NCBI GenBank assembly: GCA_963693365.1 | Contig: CAVNZM010000006.1 | Location: 9,117,355 to 9,181,354, forward strand | From: Amoebidium appalachense | Lineage: Eukaryota; Protista; Ichthyosporea | Direction of reading: 5' to 3' | Length of the DNA stretch: 64,000 bases | In this document: one piece after another, positions 1-11,057 of the stretch | Position numbering within the stretch: the first letter of the stretch is position 1 | Layout: the number at the start of each line of letters is the position of its first letter | Position numbers and translations under genes: made by a program | Notes under the pieces: generated by a model | What the model was told of the DNA's origin: nothing | Seen by the model: the letters and a program-made list of their open reading frames with translations, nothing else | Databases searched by the model: none

Positions 1-506
1 GAGAAAGGGGAGAGTAGGGAAGGGCCGGAGCAAGGAAAAAGACTACCATGCAGATTGAGACTGTGGACAAGGTAGGCTAATTGCAGCTGCAAAGTTAGGC
101 ACCAACAAGTGGTGTAAAAAACAGCTGATCAGAAACATCAAAAAAGAAGTACCAGAAATGTGAGAAACGAAGCAAGTAGCTAAACAGGCACAAGAGGGGG
201 TAGGAGGTCCCACACAAAAACGACGTGTAAAACCTTCTGGAGTATTCGAAAGAGTGGTTACGGAGGACGTGCATATTCCCATATTCATATTTCCCCATAT
301 CTAAGACCTTGAGCAAAAAAATGCTCATACACCCAGAGAAAGTGTAAATGTTTTCACACCAATGCCCATGTGCACACACACACGCACACACACACACACA
401 CACACAAGCAGGCACACCCAAAATCCCACCCATGTAAAACAGAACCAAATATACAAGCGCAAGCATACTTACGTGCGCACACACAACCACTCACTATACC
501 ACTTAC

Positions 507-870
507 AATTCCAACCCAAGAAAACATGTGCACGTGAGACACGAGAAATCAGCACTGACTTATCCTGCACTCCACAGACACAGACGAGCAGTAAGCCTCA
601 CTTATGCACCTACCTTCACTACAACACGTGAGACAAAAAATTAGCACTGACTTATCCTGCACTCCACAGACACAGACGAGCAGTAAGCCTCACTTATGCA
701 CCTACCTTCACTACAACACAATCGACGTTAGGAACCCACAGTATGAACCCTGCAATCTTCTCGTTGTAGTAGTAGGTATACTGGGAGAGTGACACCAGCA
801 CGCTCATAGCTGGAAGAGAACTGTCGCTCTCTGGCTGGGTGCCCGCCATGGCAGCCTTTTCCTCCGCCAT
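507..870 (-). CDS. 5' exons of an uncharacterised spliced gene running off the window start
   Basis: Exon 870-706 reads ATG...MAEEKAAMAGTQPESDSSLPAMSVLVSLSQYTYYYNEKIAGFILWVPNVDCVVVK|GTAGGT. Exon 564-507 reads cag|DKSVLISRVSRAHVFLGWN|GTAAGT in matching phase. There is a probable 5'UTR intron at ~891-950 and a CCAAT box at 1021. The family was not recognised. Confidence 0.6.
534..719. repeat. Tandem duplication (94 bp + 92 bp) containing a complete short intron
   Basis: GTGAGAC...AGCACTGACTTATCCTGCACTCCACAGACACAGACGAGCAGTAAGCCTCACTTATGCACCTACCTTCACTACAACAC occurs at 534-627 and again at 628-719. Confidence 0.95.
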
Positions 871-1087
871 GCTGCACTATTGAAGCTGCCTGTATGCACG
901 CATTCTTTAGGCAAAACAGGTATAATACAAAAGTGACATAACGGTTGTACCTTCCGGCTGCATCGCACGCGTCGAGCAAAAAAGGGGACTCAGTGACTTA
1001 CACTAGTGGTGCCGGATGGTCCAATCAAAAACGTAGATCGCCGCACGTATGTGGCCCACCAGTGGGCCACCACTCCTAAAACATATT

Positions 1088-1416
1088 TCAAGCCCTGACC
1101 CGGTCCGACAGCTGCACTGCGGCTGCTGCTGCCTGGCTGCCGGGACTCGATGGGCCAATTTTGGACAAACTTTTTGTTACTTCAAGTTCCCAGGCTACAT
1201 CATACATCCCTTCCTTTCTTCCCCCTTTCCCCTTCCCCCCTCCTCCCCCGCTCCCCCATCCCCCCAACCCCCCTCTCTCCTACCCCTTCACTGCCGTTAC
1301 TTGAGCCATCATCTTGCCACATGCATCAACGGCATTAAGCGAACTTTAAAAGTTTTCCAGGCTGGAGATGATGTTCAGTGAGAGAGGGACAGTGAGCTAG
1401 AGAGAAAGGGAGAGCC

Positions 1417-1500
<84 letters not shown>

Positions 1501-3153
1501 AGAGAGAGAGTGTGTGTGTGTGGGGAGCCTCCAAAGTGGTTCTTGACAGATGGGCATTTTTCGAGTCGGCACGGCACCACACAATAAAGTTAACAGTTCG
1601 TGAGCCTTACAGGTAAGGCTTTTCTGGTCACAACCAAAACTTCAATGTTAGCCGAATGCCAAGTTGTGCATTTAGCTACCAAAACATCTCGTGCATAGCG
1701 GGTCCCAAAAAGGATTTTGATCCCCACACCCCAAAGCTCAGCAAGAGCCGGTGTGGAAACCATGTCTACGGATCGAGATCAACAAGCAGCAAACTAAATA
1801 CTTTTTTAGTTCAAGTACAACACGATCTCCCGGTTATGCTTCCTTTACATAAGCCACCATCCCCTGTGACATGCGTTTCTCTCCCAGTCTGATAGCACGC
1901 TGTGCCTTCGGCATACGTAGTGAGCCACCCCGTGCCCCGCCAGCAGCCAAAAAAGGTGCCGAGTTCTGCTGGCCATGACGTTGGCGGGGGTAAATACTGT
2001 TAGCTGTTGGGATAGGACAGCTAGCAGTGCTAGGCATAGAGGCACTATCCTTTGGCCCGTAGGAAAAGGTAGCGGGCGATGGTTGCTTATGCAGTCTCCC
2101 TAACGGCTGTGACTGGATGCGTTGTAGAGTCCCACCGTGACTCGCGGTCTGACAGTACACCGAAGGAGGTGTGCAGACCTTCTTTGACGTGCTGTGTAGA
2201 GAGTGGCTGTGCTCTGAACAAATAGGGTCGTTTGGTTGGGTCAATGCACCGCGTGAGCTTGTCCGCTGAAGATTCTTTTTTTGCCGCACACCAGCAAATG
2301 GTCCTTTTGTACTCGATGTACCTTCTGCAAGGCCCGCACTGCTACTTCTTTGGAGTGTGTTCTGTTTTGGCTGGGTGGTTGCACGAGAAGAACGGCGACT
2401 CTGGCAACTTGAAGTGTACGACAAGGGTTGGTTAGCGCTGTTGACGTAGTGCTGCTGTTGTGAAGGGCCGACCAGTTGGCTTGAACTGCTTGACGAGGTG
2501 GTGTTAGCACCAAGAACACTTCTGTCGCTGAGGTGGCCCAGATGAGTAGATGATCTTTCCAATTTGGTGGGGCAAAAGGGCACTGTGACCCCTGTGACTA
2601 CGTGTCCATTAGCTGTAATATTACTGTTCACTGGTTCGGAACCGGCTGTAGTGTAAGCACTTGGCGAACGTCCATCCCCTTGTTTTGTGAAAATCGGTTT
2701 CCAACGACTCGGACGTGCTGCTGATTTGGTGGTTTGGGGTTTTAATTGCTGGCCGTTTGGTGCCTGGCCGTGTGAAATAGGCTGTGCTACGGTTGCTGGG
2801 TTCAATTGCACTGTCGGAGACGCAGCAGATGAGGTCTCACTTGAGTGCACCCCACTGAAGGAGCTAGCTTCTTGCCTTTTGCTTTTGGGGCGTGGGTCGT
2901 CCACGAGACCAAAGAGAAATAGTAGGTCGCGCATGATAGAGATAGAGGTGCAAGGAACAAAAAAATAGTGACACTCAGTAACCTGACGTTGTGAGGGGAC
3001 TGCAAAGGTTTTCACCCAAGGCAGCCCAACCACTGTGACCTGGCACTTAGCCAACGTTGAAAGACTCGGTCTCAAATATACGTAGCTGCCGTCTGAGGTC
3101 TGACCACAGACTGACAAGAGTGTATGTACCGTGCCTTCCGGCGGAGCTGGCAT
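1088..3153 (-). pseudogene. Ser/Gln/Thr-rich gene, probably disabled; degraded exon-like C-terminal segments
   Basis: A long non-repetitive ORF (1834-3315, ATG at 3153, MPAPPEG...) ends in TAA but continues in frame as PGDRVVLELK. Downstream exon-like segments lie at ~1765-1610 (MVSTPALAELWGVGIKILFGTRYARDVLVAKCTT...RKALP|GTAAGG) and 1194-1088 (AWELEVTKSLSKIGP...RA*). Their phases do not join cleanly. Confidence 0.4.
1421..1510. repeat. (GA)n microsatellite
   Basis: Direct reading of the sequence. Confidence 0.95.
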
Positions 3154-3385
3154 GCGCAGGCTGGCGGCGCGGCTTTCGGAAGCTCGCAGCCTCGAGCACC
3201 AACCATGTGCACATTCCAGACGTTCCAGGTATAAAATCATGGCATGCCTCACGCATACCAAAATGCGCGTGCGTGGACAGCCCACGCATGCCACTGTCAG
3301 CTCACAGTGTCTCACACGTACTGAGTACTACTGACGGTGTGCACGCGCTGCGATGAACTTTACGTTCGCTGCAGGCGGGCACACG

Positions 3386-4858
3386 GGTGCTACCCTCAAT
3401 TCCCAAGCTCCTAGGGTGTGACGTAATATTTGGCACGAAATTTATTTGGCACGAGCCTGCAAAACGGTGAAAATGGGGCAGGATGTCGCCCAGGCACCGA
3501 CAGGAGCTTGGGGATACCCCTGGATGTGCTCCGCTAGCGGGCTGGTGCCAAATAAATTCGTGCCACATTTTACGTCACCAGGTTCGTGCCAAATTATTTG
3601 GTGCCAAATTTATTTGGGGCATAAATGGGTCGGTTCGAACTATTATGGGTCGAATCAGCTCGAATCGTTCCTGACCCGTTTTCTGACCCGTTTTTGTGGC
3701 TCATCGTTGGTGGCGTCTGATTCGAGGAATAAACTCGAAAGGCGGGCTAAGCAAGACCACGTCAACCACGTGCAGGTGGTGGCGTACTTGAACGGGCAGT
3801 CACAGCCTGGACTGGCAGTTGACAGGTGTGACACAGCGCTAGCATCCTTATCATATTGCAGTAGGCTCATATAAAAATAATAAAAACAGACAACACCCTT
3901 TAATGCTCGATCATAACTGACAGTACATATTTTGTGTGAGCATGGGTTACAAACATGCTCGCGTCCGCATTGGACGTGGGCAAGGCCATTGGGCTTTGCT
4001 GAGGATTCTCGTTCATGTTATCCTCGCCTTTTGTCTTTTGGCTGCAGCGGGTTCAACAAACAACCCAGATGGGGTGAACAAAAAAGTCATTAAGGAAAAC
4101 AAATCTTGGTCTAAAGATCATGCCAAGCTGGAACAGCCATTCGTTGCACGGTACATTGATTATTGCATAGCGGATCATGAGGACTCTGTCGAAGCTGGCA
4201 CGTGCCCTCCCCAGCCCTTCCTCAGGGATTGGGTGTGGCATCAAACCCGTCATGGCGGCCGGATAGATGCATCTACAGCGGAGGGAGTCCATCAGGTGAT
4301 CTCCCCCCTTCCCCCCCCCCCCCCCCCTCCCCCCCCCTCTCTCCCCACCACCCCCTGCCTCTTTTCCACTTTTTCTCTCCCCTCCCCTGTCTCTCTGTTC
4401 TGGGCCTTACAGGTGGTTCCTCCGTTTTAGAAGTTGTTTTTTATGTAATACGTTAGGTGTGTCCTTTTGCATCTTGTGGATACCAATGCCTTCACCGCTC
4501 AGGCCTTCCCTTGCACTTAATCTTATGGACCTTTGTGCCTCTCCCATGATCTGTTTGGCATGGCATGCTGCCTTTTCTGCTTTGGCTTGCCTCTTATATG
4601 TTGCTATCACCCGATAGGGTATGTGTGGCAACGTGTTCCATATGTTTTGTGTGACCATTCTGTGCAGTGTACTTACTTAAAGCCCACTCCTCCGCTTTTC
4701 CCCCTTCCCTCCCTTCCCCTTTAAGCATACAATTAGTCAAGAGGCAGTACAGGATAGTGGGTAGAGAGTTTCTGTGTGTCACGGTGTATGCCTGTGGGTG
4801 TGTGCTTGTCTGTGTGTGTATGTGCCTGTGTGTGTGTAGTGAGTGTGTGTGTGTGTTG

Positions 4859-4907
<49 letters not shown>

Positions 4908-5328
4908 TTGTGTGTGTAATGTGGGTGGGTGGGTGGGTGGGTACAGAGAAGGGGAGAGGGGGGGGGGGGGGGGGGGGGGGCGTGTATGTGTGTGCCTGTG
5001 TGTGTATGTTAAAGACAGGGGAGGGGGGAAGGGGGAGAGGTCAGGGTAGGGAGAAAGGGAGGGAAGGATGGGTGGGTGGGAGGGTTGGAGGGAAGGAGGG
5101 AGGGGGAGAAAGGGTAGAGGGAGGGATGGCGGAAAAGACAGAAAGAGAGGGGCAAAGAGAGGAGGGCAGTCGGTAAAGAGGAAGGGCGGGAGGGTGGGAC
5201 GGAGAGGGAGAAGGGGGAAGTGGAGAATTAGGGCAGGGGGGGGGGGCCGAGAGCAAGAGGGGGGTGGGGAGGGTGTGGGCGGTGTGTGTGTGTGTATGTG
5301 TGTGTGTATGTATGTTGTGTGTGTGTGT

Positions 5329-5365
<37 letters not shown>

Positions 5366-6505
5366 GGATGGGGGATTCGGTTGGGAGTGGGTTCTTTATA
5401 GACCTGGCAACCATTGACCAGCTATTCTCTCACCCTGTCTTTGTGTTCACTCTGCAGCTTATGGCAATAATGGCAACCGTTCCTTGCCTGAGTGTGGTAT
5501 GGAGGTTGGGTCTTTCGACAGTGATGGCTCTGACGATGACGATGAGGGGTCAAGTGACGAGAGCCCCGGTTCATTCAACGTGTCAACATGTGTGCGCCTA
5601 GCAGGCCGCAAGCTTAACGCCCGGCGTGCGATGCGCAAGCTGATTGGGTCTGTGCACAGCTCCGAAGGGTTTGCTTTAGCAGCACAGGACCCGGATCATC
5701 TGCTCTTCACTCTAGTGTTCTTTGACGAGGCCGTGGCAGCAGACATACAGCTTGCCAGGTGCTTCCTGCCGAACCCCCCCCCCCCCCCCCCCCCCCCTTC
5801 CCCTCCAACGCCCCCCGCTCCTCCCTCTCGCCTCTCCCCCCCTTTCCCTGCAGGGCCTCCTCCCCTTTCCCCCATCCCCCTTTCCCCTCCCCCCCCTCCC
5901 CCCCCCCCCCGCCCCCTTTTCTGCATCCCCCTCCCCCTCTCCTCCTTCCCACAATTCTTCCTCCCAACTGCTCCACCTCCTTACTTCCTTGCACGTATCA
6001 ATCCATCTCTCCTTCCAACCCAAGTGACACCAGTTTTTTGTCAGACAACCTGCCTCCCCAGGCCCACTTATTATGCCTGTCCTGTTCCCCTCCCCCCCCC
6101 CCCCTCTCCCCCTCAGGAGGGCCTCTGCCCATTCGTCCCTCCTTTTCAAGTCCTCCATTACCTCTTACCTCCCCTAATTCTCATTATTCTCTAATAGTAT
6201 ACCTATATCTTCCATCCTACCTTTTTGGAAGCTCCCTGCTTCTCTTCCACCTATTTGAAAGCATCTGCATCTACCCCCCCCCCCCCCCCCCCCCCCCCCC
6301 GTTCATAGCCCCTCCTTCATCAGTACTCCCTTACACCTGCCCGGCCCCCTTCAGAGTGCCTAACCCCCTCCCCCCCACACACACACACCCCTCCCCTTTC
6401 ACACACCTGCACACACGAACGCACCCATGCATGCACGCATGCACCCTCCCTCGCAGCCACGAGCGCACACACTCTTATTCACTTATAGAATTGTTAATAA
6501 TCTAA

Positions 6506-6543
<38 letters not shown>

Positions 6544-9500
6544 CCCCAACCCACCCACACACGCACACACACACACACACGCCAAGGTTTCCCTTGTTCT
6601 GCTCCTCGGCCTTTCCGCCTTCCCCATAATCTGTCTTTCTCTCTCTTCCCCCCCCCCCCCCCCCCCCCCCCCCAATCCCACCCCACTGTCACCCACCCCA
6701 CCACCACTGCCCTACGTCACCCTCCCACTTCTTGTCTTTGCTTATTCTTCCTTGTGATGTGCAACACAGGGACATATCCGGGCCACCTGAGGTCCAGCAA
6801 CAACGCCTTCTTCAAATTCTGGGTGCCTGGAGAATGGAGCTTATGGAAACACCCGCTGACGGCAACTGTTTGTTTCATTCGGTGTGGCATTATATCAATC
6901 AGTATCTACAAAGCGGTCATGTAGCTACCCGTGAACACCTCAACACATTGGGGTTTACAGCTAATATGGAGCCTATAGAGGCGATTGGACGGCTACGCGA
7001 ACTAATGGTAAACGAATGGCGGCGAAATCTAGCAGAATACCAAGGATTCCTTTCAAGGGTGACCCTCGCATACGTAGCTGATGATTTCCGCTGTCCTCGG
7101 CGCGCCCATTTTGCTTCTGCAGCCGGTGACGCGATGGTGCTGGGCTTAGCCAACGCACTCCGCATACCAATAACCATTTTTAGCACGATTGCCAATCACG
7201 GTGTAGTTGCGGTCACTCCACCCACCGTCATCGAACCCAACATTGCCATACCCGTATCACTTAACGGTGCAGCAGATCATTACTCAGTGGTAATACCTCG
7301 CTTGTCGCATGCGAACAAAATCTCGGACAACAACCAAACACAGACATCACACTCAGTTGACACGGAAAACTCGACGGAGTTGGCGTCTAACGCTAACACA
7401 ACTGACACGTTCGGTGGGTTGCCCGCCAAGGGCTGCAGCTGTAATAGAAACAGTAAGGATAGAACACGTTTTTTTTGTGGTTTTAAGAACGGCGGGGGAA
7501 AAGTGCAGGCATACGATGGGCATGAGCGTTGCATATGCGCAAAGAACAAGCGGGCATGCACCCAGGCATGCAGGTGTGAGAATTGTGGCAACAGGTGAGC
7601 CGTATGATATGCATTTGCTACTTTTCTTCTTTTGCATCCTCTATTTGCCCACACTTGGTACTTTATAATCGAAACCTTAACTTGGCCAAATCCAGGTATT
7701 TCTGCTTGTCCCTCTCTTTATTCCCCCCCCCCCCCCCCCCCCTTTCCCCCCTCTCCCCCCCCCCCCCCCCCCCCCCCGGGAGGGGAAAGAAAAGCCCCCT
7801 CTCCCAATCCCCTCCCCCTCCTGTATCCGTCGTTTCATGATGTCTAACCCCTCCTCCTCCCCCCCCACCTTCCCCACTGCTCACCACCTGCACACCCGCA
7901 CACCATACACAAACTTAAACACACACACGCATGCACGTGTGCACGCACACACACAGCCCCTCCCCCCCCCCCCCCCCCCCCCCCCCCAAACACACACACA
8001 CACACACACACAATGCATCCGCGCATCATGGTCCATGCATACACGTGTGTGGATAGATGCACAGGTGCACGAATCCACGCACGCACGCACCCACAGAGCA
8101 CGTGTGCGCACGCACACACAAACACACATGTGTACACGTGCACGCGCATTCACACGCACACACAAACGCACATACACATGCAGTCATGGACAGCGGCCAG
8201 AGCCAAACCGTCCAGGTCGCCCGTCTACCATGCAGCTGCATTTATCCGGCGAAGGGGGGAACCTTTCCCTGAGAAGTGGTGATGGGTCCAACACCACCCA
8301 TACGGCCAACACAACAGCCACCAGGGGCAAGGCCACTGCCACGGTTCCAACGCAAAGGCGGCGCGCACGATTCACGCAAACACGAACCACAGATCAGAAT
8401 GGTTTGGAGTATTATGTGTCTGTGGGCGAGGAGGTACGTTCGGGTAGATGGTCGGATGCGGAGACCGCGTTGATTGAAAGTATTGTTATTTCGCTTGCGG
8501 AACAAAAGTTGCCGGCAACAGAGGAGGACATATTTGCACATTACCATGCAGCATTGGAGGGCAACGAGGAGGGTGTGGGGCTGGATGCCATCCTTTCCAA
8601 AACATTGAAACAAATCAAGTCAAAAATAGAACACATTGAGAAGGAAAGACGTTTGCGTAGTCAGGTGGCCGCCGAGGTGAGGGAGGAAATCGCGAGGGCT
8701 AAGGAAGCCGCTGCTAGGACAGTTACGGAGAAAGCAAGCGAGAGAGCACGAAACACGAAACGTGGGCTGAAGTCACAGAGTAATTCACAGACTGCCCCGT
8801 CAAAGAAGGCCAAGCCCAGCGGCCTTTCACGTGCAAGCACCAACACAGGTGTTGCCCCTCAGGAGCATGATCCCACCAGTTCGTCAACCGATTCGGCGGA
8901 TGAATTCCAAAGCACCCAACAGTCTGGGGTGATTCCCCCTAGCCAGCACCCGCACCATCCGCAAGCGTTCCACCCCAGTTATTATCACACATACCCGAGC
9001 ACGATAGCCAGTGCACAATGTAGCGTCTGTCAACTGACTTTAGCAATCCCTCCCCATCTGTGTCATACTTACATGCAATGCTGTAGGTGCAAGGCCATGT
9101 TGTATGCTCTGGTCACCGCTTTTGGCATCCGCCTGCTCAGTTTTAGTGTCACGGATAATAGGTGGAAGTGAGCCAATCCCTCCACGTAGTTTTTTATTTT
9201 TCTAATTGTTATTGTGGCTGCCAGCTGCTTTGGGGTCAGGTGGCAAACGTAGGGCATGTCTAGTAGGTTCGATTAGTATGGGATTTGGCATCATGATGCC
9301 AAGACTTAGTCAATACAGTAACTTAAGAATCAGTTTGTTAGGTGTTAGTTGTAACATTTAACTTCCAGTAATGTTCAGCATGTCAGAGTGGTAGTTTATG
9401 ATTGTAATGTTACTTACAGTTTAACTGTAATGTCACGGTGTATGTAGAGTATGCTGTCACATTCAATGCACACACACGGCACACACACATGAACATGCAC

Positions 9501-9706
9501 ACACGCAACCACATACACGTCAAGCACACACTACGTATACATCCATGCATGCGACATTCGCCTTTTTAATACCTATGATATCATTACGTAGTCAAAATAC
9601 CATAATAATAATGTGTAGAAGTGATTGCAGGTCACTTTCACATGCTGCAGCTGTTTTATTAATAATGACACCGTAAATTAATGGCAAGCACACTGCAGAC
9701 TCGGAT

Positions 9707-9756
<50 letters not shown>

Positions 9757-9852
9757 AAAAAAAAAATCCCCCCCCCCCCCCCCCCCCCCCCCTTCCCACC
9801 TCGAAATTTTTGGGCGGGGGCGGGGGGCGGGGGCGGGGGGCGGGGGCGGGGG

Positions 9853-9892
<40 letters not shown>

Positions 9893-9915
9893 GCTTGGGA
9901 AACGAGGGTGCAACC
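3386..9915 (+). mobile_element. 6.5-kb TIR DNA transposon with 8-bp TSD (superfamily uncertain: Zisupton/KDZ-like or MULE-like), probably non-autonomous
   Basis: Left TIR GGTGCTACCCTCAATTCCCAAGCTCC (3386-3411) matches the reverse complement of the right end GGTTGCACCCTCGTTTCCCAAGCTCC (9890-9915) at 21/26 positions. The flanking direct repeat GGCACACG is at 3378-3385 and 9916-9923. Subterminal TGGCAC/GTGCCA repeats occupy 3419-3615. Confidence 0.85.
4048..9171 (+). CDS. Transposon-borne spliced protein: OTU-family cysteine protease + CXC cysteine cluster + Myb/SANT-like region + C-terminal CxxC...CxxC zinc finger (N-terminus unresolved)
   Basis: Exons 4048-4295, 5458-5758, 6770-7594 and 8184-9171; the last three join in phase. 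OTU motifs are ETPADGNCLFHSV...GDAMVLGLANALRIPITIF...DHYSVV. The CXC cluster is GCSCNR...RCICAKNKRACTQACRCENCGN. Also GRWSDAETALI...KTLKQIKSKI and CSVCQLTLAIP...QCCRCKAML. Confidence 0.75.
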
Positions 9916-9944
9916 GGCACACGTACGCTTTTATCGTCACCTAA

Positions 9945-9989
9945 CCAATCGAATCGGCTAGACTCGGTCCACCCTGATATGCAACCAAT
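9945..9989. promoter_or_regulatory. Pair of CCAAT boxes (AACCAATC) 40 bp apart
   Basis: CCAAT at 9945-9949 and 9985-9989, just outside the right TSD. Confidence 0.4.
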
Positions 9990-10964
9990 CAGTTTGGAAA
10001 TACGTTTGCCAGACTGCCAGCATGTTTGCCTTTCGATTCCCGCGCGTGCGTTTTGACCCCACCTTGAGGCATTTTAAAAAAAAAAATCATTGAAAAGGCC
10101 AGAAGCGAAGCAAATTTGAATTTTTTGCATGATTTTGATGCAATCCCTGAACGTCAATCATTCCGATTTTTCCTTACACTCTCGCGACCGCGTGCATGCT
10201 TTCTGTCGCGGCGCCTCGACGGTTCGATAAAGTCCAGTGTTCGCTGAATGTATAAGGAAAAATAAGGAGCCATCTCAGTAGGTGGCAGCACTGTCAGACA
10301 GTCACCGAGAAGTCCATCCCACTGCCACCCGGGAGGAGACAGATGAAATTTTTGTAGAGAGGGAGGTCACGAGAGAGAGAGAGGTCACGAGATCTGAAGT
10401 TGGACTGAGAGTGGCCCTCTGAACACCACAGCTGAGAGGCATGGCACGGTCATGGGCCGTGCCACAGCCTGGGCCGTGGTCTGTGGCTGGCTGTCTGACG
10501 GACTCGAGCTCCTTCTCCACGGAGAGCCTCGAGACACAACAAACGACGGTCACGGTTACTTGAGTAGTAAGTAGGCTTGTCTACCAAAAATATTACGTAT
10601 ATGCCTGTACTATAGTTCATGATGGGTACCTAAGGGAATGGTCATGCGTTCAACTCGGCTACGTGTTCATTGACTATGCAGGGGACTCGGGGAGGCTCCA
10701 CTGTGGTAGAATCGTAAAGTGATTTACCGCAGGGCGAGCAGCTCGCGATCGTGGGAGCACACACCCAGACATTACTCGGGAAGATCTTCTTCTAAACGTT
10801 CGTGCCTCACAGCCTACTGTAACAGTATTACACATACTGGGGCCCGGCAAGTCTAACACTGGGTGACTGTCTGACACACACACACACAGGTGACACACAC
10901 ACACAAACACACACACACCGGCACACACACACACACACAGGTGCGCACACACACGCACCGTGAC

Positions 10965-11000
<36 letters not shown>

Positions 11001-11007
11001 ACGCACG

Positions 11008-11057
<50 letters not shown>

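Noticed and set aside
1001-1070. Hairpin GTGGCCCAC-CA-GTGGGCCAC plus CTAG|T as a Helitron 3' end, or CACTA as an EnSpm terminus
   Set aside because: The hairpin is ~45 nt from CTAG, further than typical, and no matching opposite terminus was found.
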